Origin: Deltaproteobacteria bacterium
Lineage (GTDB): Bacteria > Myxococcota_A > Polyangia > Polyangiales > Houyiibacteriaceae
Direction: 5' to 3'
Length of the DNA stretch: 64,000 nucleotides
Assembly (NCBI GenBank): GCA_034670305.1
Contig: JAXMNT010000042.1
Span: forward strand, 1 to 64,000
Shown: positions 21,129 through 31,049 of the stretch, one piece after another
How the letters are laid out: each line of letters opens with the position of its first letter
Numbering within the stretch: the first letter of the stretch is position 1
Notes under the pieces: model-generated
What the model was told of the DNA's origin: nothing
The model's input: the letters and a program-made list of their open reading frames with translations, nothing else
Databases searched by the model: none
Position numbers and translations under genes: made by a program

Positions 21129-23108
21129 ATGCCCCATCCCCGGCCGAACCGTCCCACGTCTCCGCCTGCACCGCGGGAGCGATTCGTCAGCCGCTCGCAC
21201 TGGACGCTCGGCTTGGCCCTTCTGCTGGCCCTGCATGCCGTCGGCCCCGAGATCGTGCGCGCCGATCCTGCCCACCAGTACACCCTCCAGGCGCGGCTGG
21301 ATCCAGCCCTGCACAGCGTCGAGGGCAGCGGCACGATCGTCTGGACCAACGAGAGCCGGGTCCCTCAGAACGAGATCTGGCTGCACCTCTACCTCAACGC
21401 GTTCGCCCACCCCCGGACCGTGTTCATGCGCGAGTCCGGCGGCCAGCTGCGTGGCGTGCGATTCGACGGCTCGGGCGGGATCCGTGTCCGAACGCTGCGG
21501 TGGGGTGGGCACGATCTGCTGCCGGGTGCGGGGTCTCCAGCCGAGCCCTCGGATGGATCGACGGTCCATGACGACGACGCCGAGGACGCGGCAGACAACG
21601 ACACGGACACAACCGCTGCAACCGACACCGACACCGACCAACGCGACGAGACCGAGTGGCGCGTCCCCCTGCCCCGCGCGGTCGCACCCGGCGAGTCGAT
21701 CTCCCTCGAGGTCGAATGGACGAGCCGCTTGCCGCCCGTCTTCGCACGCAGCGGCTACCACGGCGACTTCCACGTGGTCGCGCAGTGGTTTCCGAAGCTC
21801 GCGCGGCTCGAGCCAGACGGCACGTGGGCCAGCTTTCCCTACCACGGCAACGGGGAATTCTACGCGGACTACGCGCGCTACGATCTCACCGTCGAGACCC
21901 CGCCCGGCTGGCAGGTCGGCGCGACCGGCGAGAACGTGCTCGACGAAGTCACGGGCGGCTGGGCCCGCCGCCGGTTCGTGGCCGACAACGTGCTCGACAC
22001 CGTCTTCGTCACCGCGCCGTGGCTGCGCACGCTCGAGTCGGAGGTGCAGCGCGCGGACGGTTCCGCGATCGCGATCACCGTACTCTTTCCGCCCGGCTAC
22101 GAGTCCGCGGCCGAACGGCACCTCGAAGTCACCCGACGGGGGCTCGCGCACTACGGCCGCATCCTCTTCGAGTACCCCTACGACCAGCTGACCGTGGTGG
22201 TGCCGCCGCGTGGCGCCGATGGTGCGGCGGGCATGGAGTACCCGCAGCTCTTCATCACCGCCGGCCCCTGGTTTCAGATGAACGCGCAGCCGATGGGCGC
22301 GCACGACGAAGTCACCGCGCACGAGCTCGGCCACCAGTGGTTCCAAGGCATGGTGGGCACCCACGAGGTGCGCTGGCCGATGCTCGACGAAGGGCTCACC
22401 GAGTGGATCACCGGCGACTGCCTCCGCGAGATCCACGGACCGAGCCGCAGTGGCGCGTCGTGGCCATTCCCCCTAGACGGGTTCGAGATCCGTCGTGCCG
22501 TCGCGCTCTCGGGAGATGCGGTGCCGCCGCCCGCGACCGCCGCGTATGGGTTCCCCGACGGCGGCTACGGGAAGACCATCTACTTCCGGACCGCGTCGGT
22601 CTTGGAGACCGTAGCCCGCACCTGGGGCCGTGCGCGGATCTGGCGCGCGCTTGGACGCTACGCGAACGACCAGAAGTTCAAACACCCGGTGCCCGACGAT
22701 CTCTTTCGGGCATTCGATGCCGAGTACGGGAGCTGGATGTCGCGCCGCATCCTGCGCCCTGCCCTCTTCGAGAATGCCACCGCGGAACATGCGCTCGATG
22801 CGCCGGTGCTCGGGGCCGGACGCACCCGGGTGACCGGCACCCGCACCGGCGGTCTGCGTCTGCCCACGCGGGTGCGGTTGCGCGGCAGCTCGGGCGAACA
22901 CGAAGTCCGCTGGGACGGACATCAAGATGCGTTGATCGTCGACGTCGAAGGCACCTACGAGATCGCCGAAGCCGATCCGTACCGCCGCAACATGCTGGAT
23001 CCCGATCGCCGCAACGACGCGGTTGCGTTGCCCGGAGCACGCGACGACGTCGGGGTGGGTCCGTTCGTCGCGTGGTTCCAAACGCTGATCGCGTGGCTCG
23101 GACCATGA
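21129..23108 (+). CDS. M1 family zinc aminopeptidase, secreted or anchored
   Basis: GMEYP (GAMEN-like), HELGHQWF..18..DEGL zinc motif; signal-like N-terminus; start uncertain. Confidence 0.92.
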   Translation: MPHPRPNRPTSPPAPRERFVSRSHWTLGLALLLALHAVGPEIVRADPAHQYTLQARLDPALHSVEGSGTIVWTNESRVPQNEIWLHLYLNAFAHPRTVFMRESGGQLRGVRFDGSGGIRVRTLRWGGHDLLPGAGSPAEPSDGSTVHDDDAEDAADNDTDTTAATDTDTDQRDETEWRVPLPRAVAPGESISLEVEWTSRLPPVFARSGYHGDFHVVAQWFPKLARLEPDGTWASFPYHGNGEFYADYARYDLTVETPPGWQVGATGENVLDEVTGGWARRRFVADNVLDTVFVTAPWLRTLESEVQRADGSAIAITVLFPPGYESAAERHLEVTRRGLAHYGRILFEYPYDQLTVVVPPRGADGAAGMEYPQLFITAGPWFQMNAQPMGAHDEVTAHELGHQWFQGMVGTHEVRWPMLDEGLTEWITGDCLREIHGPSRSGASWPFPLDGFEIRRAVALSGDAVPPPATAAYGFPDGGYGKTIYFRTASVLETVARTWGRARIWRALGRYANDQKFKHPVPDDLFRAFDAEYGSWMSRRILRPALFENATAEHALDAPVLGAGRTRVTGTRTGGLRLPTRVRLRGSSGEHEVRWDGHQDALIVDVEGTYEIAEADPYRRNMLDPDRRNDAVALPGARDDVGVGPFVAWFQTLIAWLGP

Positions 23109-23130
23109 GCCGCGATCGGATCACGCCGCG

Positions 23131-23994
23131 ATGAGGGTCGACACCCACTCCGCCCGCATCTCGCTCGAGACGGAACAGATGGCGGCCGCCACCCCGCCAC
23201 CGCCCAAGCGGCGGGTGCCCTTCTCCGGGAAGGCTTTTGTCCGCGGTCTGCCGGCGACGGTCGTCGTGCATGTGATCGGCGGGCTGGTCGCGCTGATGCT
23301 CTCCAACACATGGGCCAACGCACTCGACGCCGCCGCCGGCGCGGGACCGGATCCACTGGCCGCGATGAGCACAGGAGGCGCGCCGACGTTCTTCGAGACC
23401 ATGCGTGGGTTCTCCGAGACCACCCTCCCCTGGGCCATCGCGAGTGCGCTGACGACGCTCGTGTTGTGGTGGTTCGCCTCGCTCGCGCTGCAGATGCTCT
23501 GGTTGCGCTCGATGCGCGACGACGCGCCGCGCGGTGCGAAGGCGTTCTTCGGATCGGTGCTGCGCGGAGGGTTCGTGACCCTCGCCATGATCGGACCGCT
23601 GATGGTCGCCTGGGCACTGCTCATCGGCCTGCCGGCACTCTGGCACCTCGGGTTCCGCGGCGACCCGGATCCGAGGTGGCACGACTACGGCATGATCGTT
23701 TCGTTGCTGCCGGGTGTCTTGACCTACGCCGGCTGGGCGACGGTCCATGATCTGGCGCGCGCGGCGGTGGCGCGGGGCGACGGCATCGTGCGTGCGATCC
23801 ACCTCGGATGGCGGGAGCGGGACGCGATGCTGCGGTACGCGTTCTGGGCGCTGCTCGGGCTGGGACTGACGGCGGTGGCGGTGCTGCAAGGGAGCGCGGC
23901 GCTGGGGTGGTTGATCGCGCAGTCTCTGCTGCTGTTGCGGACGCTGTGCCGCGCGGCGTGGTTGGCGCACGCGACGGTGCGGTTGCCGGAGTAG
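23131..23994 (+). CDS. Hypothetical polytopic membrane protein
   Basis: About 6 hydrophobic segments; directly follows the M1 peptidase. Confidence 0.7.
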   Translation: MRVDTHSARISLETEQMAAATPPPPKRRVPFSGKAFVRGLPATVVVHVIGGLVALMLSNTWANALDAAAGAGPDPLAAMSTGGAPTFFETMRGFSETTLPWAIASALTTLVLWWFASLALQMLWLRSMRDDAPRGAKAFFGSVLRGGFVTLAMIGPLMVAWALLIGLPALWHLGFRGDPDPRWHDYGMIVSLLPGVLTYAGWATVHDLARAAVARGDGIVRAIHLGWRERDAMLRYAFWALLGLGLTAVAVLQGSAALGWLIAQSLLLLRTLCRAAWLAHATVRLPE

Positions 23995-24038
23995 CGGGGG
24001 AGCTGACGCGCCGCGAGTCCCACGCTGCAACGAAGAAC

Positions 24039-24062
24039 GGCGCCCTCCTTTCGGGGGGCGCC
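24039..24062. terminator. GC-rich hairpin between convergent genes
   Basis: ggcgccctcc-tttc-ggggggcgcc. Confidence 0.55.
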
Positions 24063-24091
24063 GGGTCTTGGATCGAATTCGCTGGTCGAAC

Positions 24092-24646
24092 TCAGCTCGG
24101 GAAACAACCCATGATGAGCGCGTTGCACGCACCGGCCGGGATGCCCATCGAGCAGGTGTTGATCGCCATGATCTCGGCGGAGCACGCCGCGCACATGTTC
24201 GGATCCGTGCAGCCGTTGTCTTCGAAGCAGCAGTTCGCTGCGGCCACCTGCGTGTGGCAGTTCATGTCGACGCAGGAGAAGATCTGGTAGTCCCAGCAGT
24301 CCCCGCAGTTGAGCATCTGCCCAGTCATCGTCTCCGGGGGGGTCGTGTCCGAGTCGAGGCAGGCGCGCTGGCAGGCGCCATCCGCGCAGCCGTTGATGCA
24401 GTTGATCTGCGCCATGTCGCCCGAGCAGCGCGGCAGCACAGAGGCCGGAAGGGCTTCGATCGGCGCTTCGCACGCACGGCCACCACCGCCGGTGTCCGTG
24501 CCGCCGCCGGTGTCCGTGCCACCGCCGGAGTCGACTGCACCACCGGTGTCGTCGCGCGGGCCCGAATCCATCAACATCACTCGGCTGTCGTCGTCACCAC
24601 AGCCGACGACCGCGAGAACCGCGCACATCACAAAAAGCTTCTTCAT
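24092..24646 (-). CDS. Cys-rich lipoprotein with Gly/Thr/Asp linker
   Basis: MKKLFVMCAVLAVVGC lipobox; DTGGG repeats; many Cys in the C-terminal domain. Confidence 0.8.
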   Translation of the reverse strand: MKKLFVMCAVLAVVGCGDDDSRVMLMDSGPRDDTGGAVDSGGGTDTGGGTDTGGGGRACEAPIEALPASVLPRCSGDMAQINCINGCADGACQRACLDSDTTPPETMTGQMLNCGDCWDYQIFSCVDMNCHTQVAAANCCFEDNGCTDPNMCAACSAEIMAINTCSMGIPAGACNALIMGCFPS

Positions 24647-24830
24647 CACATCCATCCTTAAAAGGCTCCACCGCCCACGGCCGTCCTATCCGTACGGACT
24701 CCGTTGACCAACAAGCCATGTGACCGTCCTCACGTTTTGTTCTTCGATGGGGATGCGGGCCTGCAGGGAGAAGCCCTCTGGCTTCCTCCTCAACTTCGCT
24801 TCACGCAAAGTGCGGCCTCCGCGGGTGCAA

Positions 24831-25220
24831 TCAACGCGCGGGCGACGCGACGACCTCGCCCGAGATCCAGACGACGCCCGCCTCTTCCCAGACGGCCATG
24901 GTGTCGAGCACCTCGTCCACGCACGGCCCTTCGATGCACACCCCGTCGTCGAGGCGGTAGAGCGCGCCGTGGGTGTTGCAGACGAGGTGGCGCTTGCCAT
25001 CGTCGAGAAACTCGCGCGCGCCCGAGTCGAGCGGGATCGGAAGATGTTTGCAAACGTTGAGGTACCCGCGGAGCCGCCCCTCCAGATCGCGTACGACCAA
25101 GACCTCCCGCGGCATGCCGTACTCATCGTCTTCGATCGGCACGATGCGCACCTCGCCACGCTCGAGCGAACGCGATGCGCAGACCTTCACCGGAAGCGGA
25201 ACCGGATCCACCTCAATCAC
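24831..25220 (-). CDS. Rieske [2Fe-2S] ferredoxin-like protein
   Basis: CKH...CNTHGA Rieske ligands, GPC. Confidence 0.9.
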   Translation of the reverse strand: MIEVDPVPLPVKVCASRSLERGEVRIVPIEDDEYGMPREVLVVRDLEGRLRGYLNVCKHLPIPLDSGAREFLDDGKRHLVCNTHGALYRLDDGVCIEGPCVDEVLDTMAVWEEAGVVWISGEVVASPAR

Positions 25221-25935
25221 CGCCCGGCGGGTGGTGAACGCGCTCTGCGTGGACCGAAGCCAACGTGAGACCGCCCCCTTGAAAGACAGCGGCGGTCAGC
25301 TTGCCGCCGTAGACGCAGCCGGTGTCGAGCCCGAGCGCATGCGGGTGTTGCTGCAACCCGCGCAACGCGTCGTGACCGAACACCACGTACTCGGGGCCGG
25401 GCCAGAACTCGCCCCAGGGCCGCCCCGCTTCGAGCCGCTTGTGGAGCACCCCTCGATCGTCGATCGACCGCGCGTTCATCAGGAGTCCCGGGGTCTGCGC
25501 ATCGAGCGGGAGCGCGGGGTCCAGACCGCCGTGGACGAGGCGCAGCGTCGCACCGTTCGGTCCGGCGCCCTCGAGATCGATCACCAGCGGTGTGGACTCG
25601 AGGTACGCCCAGTCCAGCGCATCGAGCCGGTCGACCACCTCGGCGTGGTGGCGGGAGAGTTTCGCCTCCTCGCCTGCCGCTTGGGCGCGCCGCCAGCGAA
25701 GGCAGTGTTCGTCGTGGTTCCCCCGCACACAGATCGCGCCATGCGCCCGCGCCACTTCGACCACCCGTTTGGAGTCGGGTCCCTTGGCGACGAGATCCCC
25801 CACGAACGCGAGCGTGTCTTGCGCACCGACCGCGAGGTGACTGAGCAGCCGTTCGAGCTCCGCCGCACACCCGTGCACGTCGCCGACGACCACGAGCCGC
25901 TGGGCGGGGTCGTGGGCGTGAGAGTGCGCGTTCAC
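25213..25935 (-). CDS. Metallophosphoesterase (ApaH/PPP-like)
   Basis: GDVHG, GDLVAKGP, RGNHD, VHGG, FGHD, LDTGCVYGG motifs. Confidence 0.92.
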   Translation of the reverse strand: MNAHSHAHDPAQRLVVVGDVHGCAAELERLLSHLAVGAQDTLAFVGDLVAKGPDSKRVVEVARAHGAICVRGNHDEHCLRWRRAQAAGEEAKLSRHHAEVVDRLDALDWAYLESTPLVIDLEGAGPNGATLRLVHGGLDPALPLDAQTPGLLMNARSIDDRGVLHKRLEAGRPWGEFWPGPEYVVFGHDALRGLQQHPHALGLDTGCVYGGKLTAAVFQGGGLTLASVHAERVHHPPGGD

Positions 25936-25998
25936 GGCGCTTGGTTCCGGCTGAACAACTCGGGGATGGCTCTGGGTTCTGGCGCCCGCTCAGTGCGC

Positions 25999-26913
25999 TC
26001 AGGGGGCCGCGGTCGCGGATTCCGAAGACTGGCTCGCGGCGAACGCCGCCGGGGCGCTGAGCGGTCCGAGCTCCGCCCACGGCACATCCTCGCAGCCTTT
26101 GACCACCTCGGGACGCGCCGTCAGTACTTCGACGCCGTCGCGGGTGACCACCATCGTGTGTTCGAACTGTGCCGAGAGCTGGCGGTCGAGGGTGAGCACC
26201 GTCCACTCGTCGTCGAGGACCTCGCACTCGTAAGTGCCCAGGTTGATCATCGGTTCGATGGTGAAGACCATGCCCTCTTTGAGACGGATGTTCTTCATGT
26301 CGCCGAACACGCCCTGCTTGCTCGGGCGGTAGTGCGGCACCTGCGGCGCCATGTGGAACTTCAGTCCCACCCCGTGGCCCACGTAGTCGCGCACGACCGA
26401 ACATCCACGCCCTTCGGCGAACTCCTGAATCGCCGCGCCGATGTCCCAGAGCCGCGCGTCGTGACGCACTTGCGCGATGCCGATCTCGAGCGACTGCCGG
26501 GCGGTCTCCACGACCTTCTTGGCGTCTTCGCTCACGTTGCCCACGTAGAACGTCACGCTCGTGTCGCCGAAGAAGCCGTGCTTCTTGGGGAGGATGCAGG
26601 TGACGTCCACATTGACGATGTCCCCGTCCTTCAAGACCGTGTTCGCGTCCGGGATGCCATGGCACACGCAATCGTTGACGGAGGTGCAGCAGCTCTTCGG
26701 GAACGGCGTCATGCCCCGCCCGCCGTACCCGAGCGTCGCCGGCCACGCCTCGTGCTCGACCATGTACGCGTGCACGAGCTCGTCGATCTGCTGGGTCGTC
26801 ATGCCGGCCTTCAGGTGTTCTCCCACCATCACCAACGTGCGCGCCGCCAACTGACACGACGCACGCATCTGCTCCAGCTGACGCCCCCGAAGCAGACTCC
26901 GCTCACTCCTCAC
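25999..26913 (-). CDS. map: Type I methionine aminopeptidase
   Basis: FPKSCCTSVNDCVCHGIP, DIVNVDVT, GDTS, GHGVG..FH, FTIEPM, SAQFEHT motifs. Confidence 0.96.
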   Translation of the reverse strand: MRSERSLLRGRQLEQMRASCQLAARTLVMVGEHLKAGMTTQQIDELVHAYMVEHEAWPATLGYGGRGMTPFPKSCCTSVNDCVCHGIPDANTVLKDGDIVNVDVTCILPKKHGFFGDTSVTFYVGNVSEDAKKVVETARQSLEIGIAQVRHDARLWDIGAAIQEFAEGRGCSVVRDYVGHGVGLKFHMAPQVPHYRPSKQGVFGDMKNIRLKEGMVFTIEPMINLGTYECEVLDDEWTVLTLDRQLSAQFEHTMVVTRDGVEVLTARPEVVKGCEDVPWAELGPLSAPAAFAASQSSESATAAP

Positions 26914-26995
26914 GACCGACTCTCCACCGCGACGACATCCATACATCTGGAAGTAGTGCGAACCCGCCCCCCGCGCAACGCCGACGCCCCATCCC

Positions 26996-28471
26996 CTACA
27001 TCCTCTTGGTGCCCACCTCCGGCTTGCTCACCTTCAAGAATCGGCCCCGTGCGTAGTACAGCAGGTACGCCGCCGCAGAGAGCACGTTTCCCCACGCCAC
27101 CACCTGCCACAGCGCCTGCCTCGGCAGTCCCTGCATCACCGCGACGAAGTACGCCGCCGGCAGCACCACGCCGAGCAGCACGATGGCATCGAGCACCAAA
27201 CTCTCGAACGTGGCGCCCGCCCCCGCCATCGCCTGAGAGAGCACGACCCCGAAGCCGAACACCGCGTAGGTCGGCGCGACCACGCGCAGGTACTCCCGTC
27301 CGATCGCCACCACGCCCGGGTCGGGATCGAAGAAGCCGATGATCGGATCCGCGAACGCGACGTACACGTACGCCAGCGCGCCCATGCCGACGAAGTTGAA
27401 GAGCGCGGTGACCCAGCCCGCCATCTTCGCGCGCGCGAGGTTCCCCGCGCCGAGGTTCGTGCCGACGAAACTCGACGCCGCCGCGCCCCAGCCCATGCCC
27501 ACGAAGAGCACCATCGTCTCGAGCCGCAGACACACGCTGAACGCGGTCAGCGCCGTCTGATCCGCGCGGCTCGTGTACTGGACGTTGAGCAGCATCAGCA
27601 GCACCAGCACCGACACGACGCGCAAGACCAGCTGCGCGCTCGCGGGCCATCCGAGCTTCCAGATCTGGCGAAGCTCCGCGCCCATCGGCCGCAAGTAGAG
27701 CCGGTGAAAACGCGGCCCGCCCCGGCGGCGCACGAGGATCCAGAGCCCGATGATCACCGGCACGCTGCGCGCCACGAGCGTGCCCCACGCCGCGCCCTCG
27801 ATGCCCATCCGATCGATGCCGAGCGCCTGCGCGATCGGCGCCCCCCACGCGAACGGCACCGGGCCGGGCGTCGGCCCATACACGAGCACCGAGTTGAGAA
27901 AGATGTTGAGCGCGTTGCCGCCGACGAGCAGCGCGGCGGCGGTCTTCGAGTGTCCGAGCGCGCGCAGGATCGCGGTGACCTGCAGCAACAAGAATATCGA
28001 GAACGACCCGCCGAGCATGATGCGCAAGTACGGCACCGCGAGATCGGCGGCGTCGCCTTTGGTGGCCATCACGTCGCGCACGATGACGTCTGCACCGAAG
28101 AGGCCGATGACGCCGAACACGATCGAGAGCAGCCCGACGATCCACATGGACTGCCAGGTGATCCGCCGCACCCCGCGCAGATCCCGCTCTCCCAGACTGC
28201 GCGCGATGAGCGCGACCGCCGCGGTGCTGACGCCGGTCGACAAGATCGTCGCGACCGCCGCGATCATGTCCACGACGCCCAGCGCAGCGAGCGCGGCCGA
28301 GGCCTCCTCGAGCCGGCTGATCATGAACAGGTCGACGACGTTGAACGCCGTGTGCAGCGCCATCCCGATGGCCAGCGGCGCTCCGAATCGGAGCACTTCG
28401 AGCGGCAGGAGGCCGCGAAGGAGCCGGCGTCGGCTCCGGTCGTTGGACGACTCCTTCGGTTGCGCACCCAC
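26996..28471 (-). CDS. MATE family efflux transporter
   Basis: About 12 TM segments; 'N..D..MISRL', 'LRALGHSKT', 'MGIEGAAWGT', 'VGTNLGAGN' MATE hallmarks; start uncertain. Confidence 0.9.
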   Translation of the reverse strand: MGAQPKESSNDRSRRRLLRGLLPLEVLRFGAPLAIGMALHTAFNVVDLFMISRLEEASAALAALGVVDMIAAVATILSTGVSTAAVALIARSLGERDLRGVRRITWQSMWIVGLLSIVFGVIGLFGADVIVRDVMATKGDAADLAVPYLRIMLGGSFSIFLLLQVTAILRALGHSKTAAALLVGGNALNIFLNSVLVYGPTPGPVPFAWGAPIAQALGIDRMGIEGAAWGTLVARSVPVIIGLWILVRRRGGPRFHRLYLRPMGAELRQIWKLGWPASAQLVLRVVSVLVLLMLLNVQYTSRADQTALTAFSVCLRLETMVLFVGMGWGAAASSFVGTNLGAGNLARAKMAGWVTALFNFVGMGALAYVYVAFADPIIGFFDPDPGVVAIGREYLRVVAPTYAVFGFGVVLSQAMAGAGATFESLVLDAIVLLGVVLPAAYFVAVMQGLPRQALWQVVAWGNVLSAAAYLLYYARGRFLKVSKPEVGTKRM

Positions 28472-28690
28472 GGGCCCGCGCAGCGTCGCAGACGGAGCCG
28501 GTTCGTGCCGACGCTTTTTGGGTTGGCGCCCGGCCCTGGCTCCGCCCTTCCACCCCGTCGCGCGTCCTCTCGGACACTTTTTTAGACGTGGTGGTTTCGG
28601 GTGGTAGGGTGTGCGCGGATGTAGGACAAGGTGGGAGACCGCAACACATGCGGCGCGCCTGTTGATTCCAGGAAAGTTTGGGTGGACGCG

Positions 28691-28873
28691 ATGCAACGAT
28701 TTGGACCGAAGCGATACCGTTCGTTGGCGGAGTTCCAGCGAGAAGAGATCAAGCCCATGAAGGCGGGCTGGTCTCTCGACGACCTCTACGCCGATGCCCG
28801 GTTCAACCCGGGCAAAGACGACTCCCTCGAGCCGGACGAGCCCAAAGAGCTCGACTTCGATTTCGGCTACTGA
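28691..28873 (+). CDS. Small acidic hypothetical protein (60 aa)
   Basis: MQRFGPKRYRSLAEFQREEIKP..ELDFDFGY; coding-like codon usage; followed by hairpins. Confidence 0.7.
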   Translation: MQRFGPKRYRSLAEFQREEIKPMKAGWSLDDLYADARFNPGKDDSLEPDEPKELDFDFGY

Positions 28874-28967
28874 CCCACAAAACGACGGCCGGTCCGAGCA
28901 GTACCCTCCGCTCGGCACCAGTCACACCACTCCCTAGTCGCATCGCCCTGCGGCGGAGTGGTACCCC

Positions 28968-29008
28968 GAGCCCGACGGTCGCCCCCGTCGGGCTCAACTT
29001 TATTAATT
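28968..29008 (+). terminator. Intrinsic terminator-like hairpin
   Basis: gagcccgacgg-tcgccc-ccgtcgggctc followed by aactttattaatt. Confidence 0.65.
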
Positions 29009-29087
29009 GGCAAGACGCCTGCGGCTGGGGCTCGCCTGCGTCCGTTTCCGTTGACGAAAGTGCTGGTTGACGCTAACTCCAGGCTCG

Positions 29088-29267
29088 ATGGCCAAGACTT
29101 ACAACAACGTTCCGATGACCCAAGCCGAAGAAGAGAAGTTCGCGGCTTCGGATGAGTTCTGGACGGGACCGAAGCTCATCGTGCTCTGCGCGGGGACGCT
29201 CGGGAGCGCGCTCGTCCTCCTCTGGGCGATGGCCAACAACATCATCGGCCCGACGATCAACCAGTAA
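29088..29267 (+). CDS. Small single-pass membrane protein (59 aa)
   Basis: One hydrophobic segment [22 protein letters not shown]3 bias. Confidence 0.65.
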   Translation: MAKTYNNVPMTQAEEEKFAASDEFWTGPKLIVLCAGTLGSALVLLWAMANNIIGPTINQ

Positions 29268-29383
29268 CCGTTGCCAGAGCCCCACCGCGGGCTCCCGCCT
29301 GGCCGCCGTCACACGCAGGTGATAACACCGCCTCGCATGCAGCGGACCATTCCCGCTTCGGCGCCCACGGACGGTTGAACCCC

Positions 29384-30169
29384 ATGGCCACAGAAAAACG
29401 AGCAGGTCGTGTCGTCGCGATCGCCAACCAAAAAGGTGGCGTCGGCAAGACGACGACGGCAGTCAACCTCGCGGCCAGCTTCGCCGTCGCCGAGCAAAGA
29501 GTCCTGCTCGTCGATCTCGACCCGCAGGGCAACGCATCGACCGGCGTGGGTATCGCACCTGGCACCACCGAACGGGGCACCTACCGGGTGCTGCTCGAAG
29601 AGGTGACCCTGGCGAGCGAGACCCTCGAGACCGAGATGCCCCAGCTCTGGGTCGTGCCTTCCAGCCCGGACCTGGTCGCCATCGAACGGGAGCTCGTCCA
29701 GGCGGACGACCGGGAGCACCGGCTCCGAAAAGCGCTGGAAGCCACCCGCTACGACTACGACTTCATCGTCATCGATTGTCCGCCCTCGCTCGGCGTGCTC
29801 ACGATCAACGCGCTGACCGCCGCGGACCTCGTCCTCGTGCCGTTGCAGTGCGAGTACTACGCGCTCGAAGGGCTCTCGCAGCTCGCCGACACCGTCCGGC
29901 GGGTGCAGGCCTCGCTCAACCCCGATCTGATCCTGCATGGCGTGTTGCTGACGATGTTCGACCGCCGCAACAACCTGGCCAACGAGGTCGCGGACGAAGT
30001 CCGGAAACACTTCCACGTCTACGAGACCATCATTCCAAGAAACGTCCGCCTCGCAGAGGCGCCGAGTCACGGCAAACCGGTCATTCTCTACGACGCCGCC
30101 AGCCGCGGCTCTTACCAATACCTCAACCTCGCCCGCGAGATCCTCGACGGGCTCGAAGCCGCCGCCTGA
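29384..30169 (+). CDS. parA: Chromosome partitioning ATPase ParA/Soj
   Basis: [11 protein letters not shown] deviant Walker [44 protein letters not shown]. Confidence 0.97.
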   Translation: MATEKRAGRVVAIANQKGGVGKTTTAVNLAASFAVAEQRVLLVDLDPQGNASTGVGIAPGTTERGTYRVLLEEVTLASETLETEMPQLWVVPSSPDLVAIERELVQADDREHRLRKALEATRYDYDFIVIDCPPSLGVLTINALTAADLVLVPLQCEYYALEGLSQLADTVRRVQASLNPDLILHGVLLTMFDRRNNLANEVADEVRKHFHVYETIIPRNVRLAEAPSHGKPVILYDAASRGSYQYLNLAREILDGLEAAA

Positions 30170-30171
30170 CC

Positions 30172-31035
30172 GTGTCGTCCAAGAAGAAGCGCCTTGGCCG
30201 AGGTCTCGACGGACTCCTGCCAGCCCCACCCCCGGCCGCCCCAGCTGCGGTTGCGCCGAAGGGTACGGACGTCGCGCGGATCGAAGACCTGCACCCAAGC
30301 CGCACCCAGCCCCGCACCCAGTTCGAGGAGCAGGCGCTCGACGAATTGGCGCGGAGCATCGAGTCCCTCGGCATCCTCGAGCCCATCCTCGTCCGCAAGC
30401 GCCCCAAAGGTGGCTTCGAGATCATCGCCGGCGAGCGTCGATGGCGCGCCGCGCAGAAAGCGGGTCTGCGCGAAGTCCCCATCTTCGTCCGCGACCTGAG
30501 CGACGCCGCGGCCTTCGAAGCCGCGCTGGTCGAGAACCTCCAGCGCCAGGATCTGAACCCGATCGAAACCGCGCGAGCATTCGCGCGGTTGAGCGATGAG
30601 TTCGGATTGAGCCACGAAGAGATCGCCACCCGGGTCGGCAAAGACCGTTCGACGATCACCAACGCCCTGCGGCTCTTGAAGTTGCCCGACGACGTGCTCG
30701 ACATGCTCGACAGCCGGCAGCTGAGCGAGGGCCACGGCCGCGCCCTGCTCGGCGCGCCCGACGTGAAGACCATGTTGACCCTGGCGCGAGCCGCGATCGC
30801 CAAACGACTGAGCGTGCGCGAAGTCGAACGGCAGGCCCGCTCGGCTGGCAAGCCGCCCGCACCCAAAGCTGCGCCCGCGAAGAGCTCCAACGTCAAAGAC
30901 CTCGAGCGCCGCCTCGGCATGCGGCTCGGCGCCACCGTCCGGGTCGAAGAGAAGGCTGGCAAGAAGGGCCAGATCGCGATCCAGTACGCGAACTACGACG
31001 AACTCGACGCGATCCTGAAGAAACTCGGCGTCTGA
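30172..31035 (+). CDS. parB: Chromosome partitioning protein ParB/Spo0J
   Basis: LGRGLDGLL, QPR..F, AGERRWRAA, ENLQRQDLNPIE, HTH KDRSTITNALRLL. Confidence 0.97.
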   Translation: MSSKKKRLGRGLDGLLPAPPPAAPAAVAPKGTDVARIEDLHPSRTQPRTQFEEQALDELARSIESLGILEPILVRKRPKGGFEIIAGERRWRAAQKAGLREVPIFVRDLSDAAAFEAALVENLQRQDLNPIETARAFARLSDEFGLSHEEIATRVGKDRSTITNALRLLKLPDDVLDMLDSRQLSEGHGRALLGAPDVKTMLTLARAAIAKRLSVREVERQARSAGKPPAPKAAPAKSSNVKDLERRLGMRLGATVRVEEKAGKKGQIAIQYANYDELDAILKKLGV

Positions 31036-31049
31036 GCGTAGAACGGTCG

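Noticed and set aside
28874-29010. SRP RNA, tRNA or a known riboswitch
   Set aside because: No SRP GGAA-loop domain IV motif, no cloverleaf with a T-loop, and no aptamer consensus recognised; kept only as an unknown structured candidate.
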